A DNA stretch of 43,836 nt from a virus. Made by a program: the position numbers and the translations under genes. Under the pieces are notes generated by a model, which was not told the DNA's origin, ran no database searches, and worked only from the letters and a program-made list of their open reading frames with translations. Below, piece by piece: positions 23,133 through 30,366 of the stretch (its first letter is position 1; every line of letters starts with the position of its first letter). The stretch covers positions 1-43,836 of the IMG/VR virus record IMGVR_UViG_3300022542_000059, one strand, 5' to 3'.

Positions 23133-23555
23133 ATGTCAAAGAAGACTAAACGAGCATCGTGTAAAAATTGTGGCAAAGAAGTTAAATGGAGATCCAGTAT
23201 ATACTGCTCAAGAGTATGTCATAAAGAACATATTAATACATTATGGATTAAGGATTGGTTAGCTGGCAGACACGATGGGGTTCGTGGAGAATTGAGTACA
23301 TCAACAAGAATACGAAATTACATGTTTAAGATAAAGAATTCAAAATGCGAGCTTTGTGGATGGTCAGAGATTAATCCCTACACTGGATTAATACCCCTGG
23401 AACTAGAACATGTTGACGGGAATCATAAAAATAATAGGCCAGAAAATTTACAGTTGTTATGTCCCAATTGTCATTCTCTAACTGCTACTTATAAAGCTCT
23501 AAATAAAGGGAGTGGAAGAGCAGCTCGTAAACAACTTTCAACAAAGGAGAATTAA
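23133..23555 (+). CDS. HNH endonuclease (free-standing, next to the tRNA genes)
   Basis: 140 aa from the ATG at 23133. CKNCGKEV...CSRVCH zinc finger plus LELEHVDGNHKNNRPENLQLLCPNCH. The upstream 46 codons of track ORF 22995.. run through the two tRNAs and are rejected. Confidence 0.8.
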   Translation: MSKKTKRASCKNCGKEVKWRSSIYCSRVCHKEHINTLWIKDWLAGRHDGVRGELSTSTRIRNYMFKIKNSKCELCGWSEINPYTGLIPLELEHVDGNHKNNRPENLQLLCPNCHSLTATYKALNKGSGRAARKQLSTKEN

Positions 23556-23563
23556 ATAAAATT

Positions 23564-24172
23564 ATGAAGCAATTTGAAAGTACGCCTTACCCCCAGTTTA
23601 AAAAGGGAATGCAGTTTCAGATGGTGGGTAATTTTATGAGTTTTTACAAGGGAGACATCATAACTCTGCAATCCCAGGATGGATCTATAGCCCCACGTTT
23701 TAAGAATCAAGTTGGTGTGAAGATGTGGTTGTACTGGAACCGTCTTGCTCCCTTGGAGCCTCTTACTGATACGCCTCATCCTGAAGTTCCCGAAGGGACG
23801 AAGTTCCTAGTGATGGAGGGGAGTCCTTACTTCACTATTGGTGAAATCGTCACGCTTACTGACAATGATAATACTAGTATGCCTAAGTTTGGAAAAGAAA
23901 ATGGTGAGGAATGGTATATGCACTGGAGCCATGTGGCACCTTTGACTTGTCTGCTGGAAGCTGTATCACCTACTGCCTATGAGGAAGCTAAAGAAGAAGA
24001 AGAAGAAGATTGTTCCTGCGAAAAACTTCTCTTCGGTGTCCAACCCCTTTGGCTTCTTGATAAAGAAAGAATGTTGGAACTACTTGAGGCAATGACTCGA
24101 TACGCTAATGTTGGCAAGAGTATTCCTCAAGAGTGGCTTGAGGAACTTGAAGAACTTAACGCAAGTCTTTAG
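23564..24172 (+). CDS. Hypothetical protein with two tandem ~50-aa SH3-like repeats and an acidic C-terminal region
   Basis: 202 aa. KGMQFQMVGNFMSFYKGDIITLQSQDGSIAPRFKNQVGVKMWLYWNRLAPL aligns with EGTKFLVMEGSPYFTIGEIVTLTDNDNTSMPKFGKENGEEWYMHWSHVAPL. Confidence 0.55.
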   Translation: MKQFESTPYPQFKKGMQFQMVGNFMSFYKGDIITLQSQDGSIAPRFKNQVGVKMWLYWNRLAPLEPLTDTPHPEVPEGTKFLVMEGSPYFTIGEIVTLTDNDNTSMPKFGKENGEEWYMHWSHVAPLTCLLEAVSPTAYEEAKEEEEEDCSCEKLLFGVQPLWLLDKERMLELLEAMTRYANVGKSIPQEWLEELEELNASL

Positions 24173-24187
24173 AGAGGAAATTAAACA

Positions 24188-24385
24188 ATGAAATCTGTAG
24201 ACAGTATTCTCAAAGGGTTCAATAAGGTAATCACTAAACTGGCAGACCACGCTGAGGAGGAACGTCAGAAAGCTAGTTATAAAAATTCAAAGATAGTGGA
24301 ACTTGAAGAGGAAGTTAAGGTTCACTGCACCGAAGCTTTCAGAGCAGAAGAGGTAGCTGTTAAGATTAAGAGTCTTGTCGAATAA
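24188..24385 (+). CDS. Hypothetical coiled-coil protein
   Basis: 65-aa ORF with RBS AGAGGAAA. Confidence 0.5.
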   Translation: MKSVDSILKGFNKVITKLADHAEEERQKASYKNSKIVELEEEVKVHCTEAFRAEEVAVKIKSLVE

Positions 24386-24398
24386 GGAGAAACTGGAG

Positions 24399-24593
24399 AT
24401 GACAAATAAGATTGAATACAAGTGTCCTTACTGTGGCTCCAAGGTTCGCTGCAACACGAAGTATTATTCTAAGCTTAAACAAGCAGGGTGTACCAACCTT
24501 AGTTGTCAAGCTAAAGGCCCATTGGCTTACACCGCTGAAGGAACAAAGGAGATATTCTGTGAACGTGACTTTGCTACACAACAGTCCTCTTGA
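24399..24593 (+). CDS. Zinc-ribbon protein, Lar-like N-terminal pattern without the WNxR end
   Basis: 64 aa from the ATG at 24399. YKCPYCGSKV ... CTNLSCQAKGPLAYTAEG. Its 3-prime end overlaps the thyX start by 35 nt. Confidence 0.45.
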   Translation: MTNKIEYKCPYCGSKVRCNTKYYSKLKQAGCTNLSCQAKGPLAYTAEGTKEIFCERDFATQQSS

Positions 24594-24903
24594 GGCAGTT
24601 GTCAAAGCTATCCGTAAGTGCTATGCAAGTGAGGGGAAGAGTGATAGTGGGGATATTCAGAGGCATCTTTATTATAAATCGGAACTTGGCTCTAAAGACA
24701 AAGCCCTTATCCAGCGTATCATCAAGAGTGAGCATACGAGTACCCTTGAGCATCTAACCTTTACCTTTGATGTTGATGGGTTAAGTAGAGCAGCATTGCA
24801 GGAATGGAGCCGCCATAGGATGATGTCACAATCTGTTCAAAGCACCCGCTATGTTTTACAAAAGGATTTAAAAAATGAGTCGCCATTTTGTAGTTTTAAA
24901 TAA
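24559..24903 (+). CDS. thyX: Flavin-dependent thymidylate synthase ThyX, N-terminal piece
   Basis: GTG start 7 nt after GGAG. LEAVVKAIRKCYAS, SEHTSTLEHLTFTFDV, and the ThyX signature SRHRMMSQSVQSTRY. The frame ends 29 nt inside the endonuclease ORF. Confidence 0.75.
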   Translation: MNVTLLHNSPLEAVVKAIRKCYASEGKSDSGDIQRHLYYKSELGSKDKALIQRIIKSEHTSTLEHLTFTFDVDGLSRAALQEWSRHRMMSQSVQSTRYVLQKDLKNESPFCSFK

Positions 24904-25438
24904 GTTCCCTGCGTACAGAATTTATGAAGATGGTCATGTAGTTAGGATTAAAAAGAGGAGTCAAAAAGACCATTATAAATTGCCTTACACAATTAAATCT
25001 TTTATTAATAGGTATGGTTATATAGAGTATTTTTTATTTGACAAGAGCTGGGACAGGAGACATAAAGCGCAGCACCGACTAATAGCAGAAGCCTTCATCC
25101 CAAATCCCGAAGCAAAACCACAAGTTAACCACATTAACGGGATAAAGACAGACAATAGGTTATGCAACTTGGAGTGGTGTACTTGTAGTGAGAATGAACT
25201 GCATAGTTATAGGGTTTTGGGCAAGAAAAGTTTTCGATCAGCCAAAGGTAAAATTGGATATGCCTACCCAGGAGGGACGCATCCGGTGGTTCAAATAAGC
25301 CTAGATGGGGTTGTCCTTAAGAAATGGTTTAGCCCCTCAGTAGCAGCCATTGAAGATGGGTTCAGTATAAAACAGATCAGCGCAGTTTGTACAGGCAGGC
25401 AAAAGACACATGGGGGTTATGTATGGAAATATGTGTGA
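24875..25438 (+). mobile_element. HNH homing endonuclease gene (NUMOD4 / HNH_3 / C-terminal helix-turn-helix-like module) inserted in thyX
   Basis: 187 aa. FPAYRIYEDGHVVRIK, HRLIAEAFIPNPEAKPQVNHINGIKTDNRLCNLEWCTCSENELH, FSIKQISAVCTGRQKTHGGYVWKYV. Confidence 0.85.
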
Positions 25439-25815
25439 CAGAGGAGCAGCGTAGACGGGCTGCGAAGTATCTTGTATTTACAGGTAATACGGACGCTGAT
25501 AATAGGAGCATAGCCCAACTTGAAATTTTAAGGCAGTCTGTAGCATCTAGCATACCTAATGACATTGCAAAGTATAATTTACCTGAATCATGGAAAACCT
25601 CCCTCGTAGCTACTATCAATGCTAGGAGTCTGAGGAACTTCTTGAAGCTTCGGAGTTCCTCAAGAGCTTTGTGGGAGATGCAAGACTTAGCAACTGAGGT
25701 ATATTACCAACTTCCCCAAGAGATGCGTTTTATCTTTGAGGATGTTGTGGAAGATGCTACTTGGTGGTGTGGTGATACCAGGGAGGTAGATATTGAAAAT
25801 GCCAGGCAGCGATAA
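25423..25815 (+). CDS. thyX: ThyX, C-terminal piece
   Basis: In-frame ATG at 25423, 6 nt after GGGGG (25412..25416). NLPESWKTSLVATINARSLRNFLKLRSSSRALWEMQDLA matches the C-terminal ThyX core. Confidence 0.7.
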   Translation: MEICVTEEQRRRAAKYLVFTGNTDADNRSIAQLEILRQSVASSIPNDIAKYNLPESWKTSLVATINARSLRNFLKLRSSSRALWEMQDLATEVYYQLPQEMRFIFEDVVEDATWWCGDTREVDIENARQR

Positions 25816-25969
25816 AACATTCTGTTCTTCCGATTGTCAAGATGAAACTTGTGATAGGCATATGTCTTTTGCTCCAATGGATATTCAGAACACTAGCTTT
25901 GCTGACCTATCTCCTATTTGTATGAAGTATCTTAAAGAGTCGGAAGGAGTTGAAGAAGATGATTGTTGA
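25799..25969 (+). CDS. Cys-rich 56-aa protein (not in the ORF track)
   Basis: MPGSDKTFCSSDCQDETCDRHMSFAPMDIQNTSFADLSPICMKYLKESEGVEEDDC. Overlaps the thyX end by 17 nt. Confidence 0.4.
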   Translation: MPGSDKTFCSSDCQDETCDRHMSFAPMDIQNTSFADLSPICMKYLKESEGVEEDDC

Positions 25970-26195
25970 AGTGGAAGATGTAGTCAGAGTATTTAAGCCA
26001 ATTACAGTTAAAATAACTATCGAAACTCCAGAAGAGTTTGATGCTCTTTTCAACTTATCTGTCTTAGATCTAAGTATACCAGAAGCTGTCGCAGAGAATT
26101 GTCCAGAAACTAGCGAAGAGTCTGTCAGAGCACTCCTACAAGGTCTTCATAAAATTCTTCTTCCTGGTTCGGAGTGGGCAAATGAAGATAACTAA
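25959..26195 (+). CDS. Hypothetical protein (possible paralogue of 15465..15695)
   Basis: ATG at 25959, 9 nt after GGAAGGAG. The track ORF starts at a TTG at 25950. Confidence 0.5.
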   Translation: MIVEVEDVVRVFKPITVKITIETPEEFDALFNLSVLDLSIPEAVAENCPETSEESVRALLQGLHKILLPGSEWANEDN

Positions 26196-27036
26196 TAAAC
26201 ACAATCTCCCTGATGCAGTATTTAATTTCCTGAGTAAAGATAATTATACTCCTGGGGATAATGATTACTCGGCCACTACCTTACTTCGCCCTCCTCAAAT
26301 GGTACAACTTGAGCGGCGACATTGGAAGGAATTAGAGACAGATGCTATTGATAAAGTGTGGTCTGTGTTTGGGTCTGCTGTTCATAACTTACTTGAGTAC
26401 CATGCAGATAGACAAGCCAGCATCGAAGAACGAGTGTATACTAGTATTCTCGGTAAGCGTATTGGCGGTCAGCTTGATTATTACGATAATGGTATCATAA
26501 CCGATTACAAAGTAACTTCTACCTATACGCTGTCCAACCCTGGCAGAATGAAAGAATGGGAAGAGCAACAGAATATCTACGCCTACCTCATGCGAGAGAA
26601 TGGGTTTGAAGTAAATACTATCCAAGTTTGTGTATTCTTCAGGGATTGGTCAAAGGGTAAGAGTTTCTCAGGTGGGGGGGATTACCCTCCTACCCCCCTG
26701 ATGGTTATTGAATTGCCCCTGTGGGAGAAGAAGAAGCAGTGGAGTTTCTTGTTTGAACGTGTGCTTGATCATACCGCAGCAGAGGGCTTGGATGATTGTG
26801 CATTGCCACCATGCACTCCTGAAGATATGTGGGAAGAACCTACCAAATATGCTGTTATGAAGAAGGGAAACAAGAGGGCAACTAAATTATTCCTTGACAA
26901 AGATGACGCTAAGGAAGATGCAGAGCGAAGAGGTGAAGGATTCTCTGTTGATGTCCGTCAAGGTGGACGTCCTCGTTGTGAGCAATATTGTAATGTGAAG
27001 GATTTCTGTCATCAATATAAGGAGTACAACCAATGA
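26182..27036 (+). CDS. PD-(D/E)XK nuclease (Cas4/RecB-like exonuclease) with C-terminal Cys cluster
   Basis: 284 aa. GGQLDYYDNGIITDYKVTS (D...D-x-K core) and C-terminal CEQYCNVKDFC. Confidence 0.65.
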   Translation: MKITNKHNLPDAVFNFLSKDNYTPGDNDYSATTLLRPPQMVQLERRHWKELETDAIDKVWSVFGSAVHNLLEYHADRQASIEERVYTSILGKRIGGQLDYYDNGIITDYKVTSTYTLSNPGRMKEWEEQQNIYAYLMRENGFEVNTIQVCVFFRDWSKGKSFSGGGDYPPTPLMVIELPLWEKKKQWSFLFERVLDHTAAEGLDDCALPPCTPEDMWEEPTKYAVMKKGNKRATKLFLDKDDAKEDAERRGEGFSVDVRQGGRPRCEQYCNVKDFCHQYKEYNQ

Positions 27037-27290
27037 CGGTAGACAAGGCGCTTGAGCTTGCTGCAGAGCCTCACTTCGGGGATCTTGGGGATGCAGCAAG
27101 AGTCCTCGCCGCAGAGGTACAGAGGCTGCGGGAAGAGATGGGGACGTGGCGTGTGATTGGCGATCATCCGATATTACGAAGGCCAGACAGGAGGATGATG
27201 ACAAAAGCCCAAGCCGAAGGATATGCAAGCAGTTTGTGTGGTTACGGTTATGAAAACGTCCAGGTACTACCGGAGCTGCCCAATGGCTAA
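27033..27290 (+). CDS. Hypothetical protein, first gene of the GC-rich island
   Basis: 85-aa ORF. RBS AAGGAG. Local GC is about 57-60% in hand-counted 60-nt lines. Confidence 0.5.
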   Translation: MTVDKALELAAEPHFGDLGDAARVLAAEVQRLREEMGTWRVIGDHPILRRPDRRMMTKAQAEGYASSLCGYGYENVQVLPELPNG

Positions 27291-27462
27291 CACCAAAGGC
27301 GAGCCGCTGGTAACGTGTTGGTGTTGGAAGTGCTTAGGACGGCAGATCGTGCAGCACACATTTTTGCGGCACCAGGGAATAACCAAGAACAACATTAATC
27401 GACACTGCGTTTCGGTGTGGGGAAGGAGGACAGATAGTAATGACAAATTTTCAAGGGATTGA
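27283..27462 (+). CDS. Cys-rich small protein
   Basis: 59 aa from the ATG at 27283 (ATGGCTAA overlap with the previous stop): MANTKGEPLVTCWCWKCLGRQIV... Confidence 0.4.
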   Translation: MANTKGEPLVTCWCWKCLGRQIVQHTFLRHQGITKNNINRHCVSVWGRRTDSNDKFSRD

Positions 27463-27820
27463 TTTAACGACAGAGAAGCCAAAAATTATTACCCTGTGCG
27501 GCTCGTCAAGATTCTGTGCTGAGATGGCTATTCTGGCATGGGAATTTGAAAAGGGCGGTTGCATCACTATGGGACTACACTTACTCCCGCATGGGTATTG
27601 CGAGTCCCAAGGAATGGTTCCTGATGTTGAAGGCAAAATTCACCACATTGGAGAGCAAGAAGGTGTGGCGATGGAAATGGATGCACTACATTTCAAGAAA
27701 ATCGAACTGTGCGACTCTGTTTTTGTGGTGAACTTAAATGGATATATCGGAAGCTCAACGGCCAGAGAAATTGCCTACGCTGAACATTTGGGTAAGCCGA
27801 TTTCTTATTTAGAAAATTAA
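27440..27820 (+). CDS. Nucleoside 2-deoxyribosyltransferase-like / DUF4406-like protein
   Basis: 126 aa. IITLCGSSRF near the N-terminus and CDSVFVVNLNGYIGSSTAREIAYAEHLGKPISYL at the C-terminus fit that Rossmann-like family pattern. Strong RBS AAGGAGG. Confidence 0.45.
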   Translation: MTNFQGIDLTTEKPKIITLCGSSRFCAEMAILAWEFEKGGCITMGLHLLPHGYCESQGMVPDVEGKIHHIGEQEGVAMEMDALHFKKIELCDSVFVVNLNGYIGSSTAREIAYAEHLGKPISYLEN

Positions 27821-27866
27821 GCGATGTTATCCGCAACCGCTTCCCCGAATACTTTGAGGAGGGCAC

Positions 27867-28203
27867 ATGAACACGGAGCGGGATAAGTTTCTCACAGAGG
27901 CTCTAGGGGAGTTCTGGCATGAGCAAGGTTATTGGGAGAGGTCCGATAAAAAGCCAGTTTCAGGCAGGAGGGTTCCTTGGTGCCATATCTGCAACGAAGA
28001 GTGGTCCTTTTGTTTAGGACGAACAAACCCTGACTTCTCCTCCTTGGCTTTGGTTCGGCAAGCTCTGGGAATGGGCGCAGAAGCAGGAATGGTGGCATAA
28101 AGAGTTTCTTCGCAAACAGTACATAGGTAACTTGAGGCTTATACACCCTGACCGCTTCGCAGATGCAATTTACAAATACATCAAGGAGATATCTGATGAC
28201 TGA
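27867..28203 (+). pseudogene. Conserved phage gene interrupted by a +1 frameshift near 28044
   Basis: Frame 0 gives MNTERDKFLTEALGEFWHEQ...NPDFSS, then junk and a stop at 28100. Skipping T28044 gives WLWFGKLWEWAQKQEWWHKEFLRKQYIGNLRLIHPDRFADAIYKYIKEISDD, with the stop at 28201..28203. Confidence 0.6.
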
Positions 28204-28369
28204 TACAGGAGATCATAAAACTCATTTGCTTTCAGAAGATAAAGTTATGTTTTGGGAATGTCCATCTTGTAATACTACTAACGCTACAGTGATTGGAGAG
28301 AAGGCTTATTGTGTACAGTGTAAATCTATGCCAATGAAACCAAAGGCGATAACCAAGCCAGTTATTTAA
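28196..28369 (+). CDS. Zinc-ribbon protein
   Basis: 57 aa from the ATG at 28196 (GGAG upstream, ATGA overlap): MTDTGDHKT...WECPSCNTT...YCVQCKS. Confidence 0.5.
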   Translation: MTDTGDHKTHLLSEDKVMFWECPSCNTTNATVIGEKAYCVQCKSMPMKPKAITKPVI

Positions 28370-28381
28370 TAAGGGATTTTA

Positions 28382-28603
28382 ATGGCAACTATAAAACTTA
28401 ATGGTGATAAAGTTTATTGCAGCGATTGTAAATATCTATACCATGCAGAGTACAGTTGGCTCTGTGTCTACAAAGATAATATTATTTGGACGGATCATCC
28501 TGTGCATAAAAGGCAATGGGACGTAGTGCGAGAAGGACTTGCGAGAAATACGAATTGTGATTGTAAAGACTACAAACGGAAGTGGTGGAAGTTTTGGCGG
28601 TGA
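28382..28603 (+). CDS. Cys-rich hypothetical protein
   Basis: 73 aa. YCSDCKY ... NCDCKDYKRKWWKFWR. Confidence 0.45.
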   Translation: MATIKLNGDKVYCSDCKYLYHAEYSWLCVYKDNIIWTDHPVHKRQWDVVREGLARNTNCDCKDYKRKWWKFWR

Positions 28604-28965
28604 GGAAATACAATCAATTCTATACTATCATGTCTGCAATTAAACGATGCTTCTCTCGTAGCCCAACACATAAGGCAGCTATGGATGCAGCCAAGTGTGC
28701 CAGGAAGAAGGGGCCGCGAGGAGGAGCACGTTATCGTTGTGCTAAATGTAGAAAGGACTTTTCAGCTAAGGAAGTACAAGTAGATCATATCCAAATGGTA
28801 GTGCCTTTAGGTACTCTCTCTAAAGATATGTCTTGGGATGAACTTGTCAATAGGATATTTTGTAGCGAGGATAACCTTCAAATTCTTTGTACCAAATGTC
28901 ACACAAAGAAAAGTAAAGAAGAAAATGCAGAGAGGAGGGCTATAAAAAATGCTAAGTCCAATTAA
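28582..28965 (+). CDS. HNH endonuclease (start uncertain: GTG 28582 or ATG 28630)
   Basis: YRCAKCRKDFSAKEVQVDHIQMVVPLG ... NLQILCTKCHTKKS. Confidence 0.75.
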   Translation: MVEVLAVRKYNQFYTIMSAIKRCFSRSPTHKAAMDAAKCARKKGPRGGARYRCAKCRKDFSAKEVQVDHIQMVVPLGTLSKDMSWDELVNRIFCSEDNLQILCTKCHTKKSKEENAERRAIKNAKSN

Positions 28966-29191
28966 AGCTATTCGTGCCAAGTGCCTTGATTGCTGCAATG
29001 ATTCTTACACCGAAGTAAAAGAATGTACTGTTGAATCATGCCCATTATTTTACTTTCGTTTCGGTAAGAACCCTAATCGTAAACCTCGTAAATTGTCAGA
29101 TGAGCAGAAAGCTGCTGCCATTGAACGATTGAAAAAGGCACGTACCGCGAAGGTTAAGGAGATAGTAGATGTTAACTTTGTTAATCAGTGA
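28949..29191 (+). CDS. Small Cys-rich conserved phage protein
   Basis: 80 aa. IRAKCLDCCNDSYTEVKECTVESCPLFYFRFGKNP. RBS GAGGAGG. Confidence 0.55.
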   Translation: MLSPIKAIRAKCLDCCNDSYTEVKECTVESCPLFYFRFGKNPNRKPRKLSDEQKAAAIERLKKARTAKVKEIVDVNFVNQ

Positions 29192-29951
29192 TGCTCATGT
29201 AGAACCCGAACAAGACTTGACAAGATTTGAAAAATGTGCTAAACTTATTGTAGATAGAAAGCCTGATCGAATTATTCAACTTGGAGATTTTATTTCTCTC
29301 TCTTCCATATCTGGTTGGGATATGGGAAAGAAACTTCTTATGGAGGGAAGACGTTATCAAGAGGAAGTAGAACATGGGAAGCTGGCAATTGATCTTCTCT
29401 TCTCTGAATTAGATAAGCTTCAATCAAAGCAGAGGGGATTTAAACAGAAGCTTTACAATCCTGAAGTTGATTGGCTTGAAGGTAATCACGAAGACAGGCT
29501 TGACCGATACATTGAACAGAACCCTGCCTTAGAGGGGGCCTTGTGTTTAGCAGATGATCTTGGATTGACCGAAAGAAAGATTGTTCCTATTAAATACAGA
29601 GAACGAATCGTAAGAAATGGGATCAATTACATGCACGCCCCCCTAGCTGGTAACAATCAACCTATTAGTGGATTGCATATCCCACACAAAGCATTGCAGA
29701 GATTCAATGGGCATGTGGTGTTTGGGCATTATCATCGGTCAGAAGTAGCTAATATCAAGAGGATTGATACCGAAGAGGTTCAAAGAGCTATCATGTGTCC
29801 TTCTTTTATTGAGGGGCAGCCTCATTATCTTAGCAAGAATGCACCAGCAGTTATTGATAGGGGAATTCTTTTACTTAAACAATTTGAAAGCTGTAGCGAT
29901 AAGCCAGTAACAGAAGAAATTTCTATGGAGGAATTGTATGGGACTTACTGA
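29169..29951 (+). CDS. Calcineurin-like metallophosphoesterase
   Basis: 260 aa. LLISDAHV, IQLGDFISL, LEGNHEDRL, VVFGHYHRSE (the D-x-H / GD / GNHE / GH-x-H series). Confidence 0.7.
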   Translation: MLTLLISDAHVEPEQDLTRFEKCAKLIVDRKPDRIIQLGDFISLSSISGWDMGKKLLMEGRRYQEEVEHGKLAIDLLFSELDKLQSKQRGFKQKLYNPEVDWLEGNHEDRLDRYIEQNPALEGALCLADDLGLTERKIVPIKYRERIVRNGINYMHAPLAGNNQPISGLHIPHKALQRFNGHVVFGHYHRSEVANIKRIDTEEVQRAIMCPSFIEGQPHYLSKNAPAVIDRGILLLKQFESCSDKPVTEEISMEELYGTY

Positions 29952-30366
29952 TGAGATGAAGTGTTCTACTTGTGAGCATGGTCGAACAGAGATTTGTAGT
30001 GCAGAAAGTATCTGCCTATCAGCATCGGCTTGGGAACCAAGGGCGAAGGAAGAGAAGGATGTAATGCTAACTTGTGATGATTGCAAGTATGGAGATAATA
30101 CAGATTGTCAATCTCTTATTGGGAATTGTGATGATTACAGTAAGTGGGAATCTAAAGATGTAGTAAATTATCCAAGCCACTATAGAGCATTACCTATTGA
30201 AGTAATTTATATTATCGAGAAAGTTTTAACAGAGGAAGAATTTAGAGGCTTCTGTCTTGGTAATATTATTAAATATCGTATGAGGGCTGCTCTTAAAGAT
30301 CCAGAGACAATCATCCAGGATATTGAAAAAGCTAATTGGTATATGGAGAAGCTTAATGAAGATTAA
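29938..30366 (+). CDS. DUF3310-like protein with Cys-rich N-terminal extension
   Basis: 142 aa. NYPSHYRALPIEVIYIIEKVL...FCLGNIIKYRMRAALKD...DIEKANWYMEKL. Confidence 0.55.
   Translation: MGLTDEMKCSTCEHGRTEICSAESICLSASAWEPRAKEEKDVMLTCDDCKYGDNTDCQSLIGNCDDYSKWESKDVVNYPSHYRALPIEVIYIIEKVLTEEEFRGFCLGNIIKYRMRAALKDPETIIQDIEKANWYMEKLNED

Noticed and set aside
24412-24558. Upstream extension of the thyX frame (MNTSVLTVAPRF...)
   Set aside because: It overlaps the zinc-ribbon ORF in another frame and has no ThyX-like sequence. A GTG with a GGAG 7 nt upstream at 24559 gives a normal ThyX N-terminus.
24860-25440. Group I intron in thyX carrying the HNH ORF
   Set aside because: The endonuclease ORF fills the entire interruption and overlaps both flanking coding pieces, leaving no room for the P3-P9 core. 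I could not see conserved P7/P3 pairings by eye. This still needs a covariance-model search.
26887-27482. Minus-strand ORFs 26887..27228 and 27267..27482, and plus ORF 27516..27731
   Set aside because: Long spurious frames are expected in the GC-rich island. They are antisense or out of frame to genes with strong SD sites.
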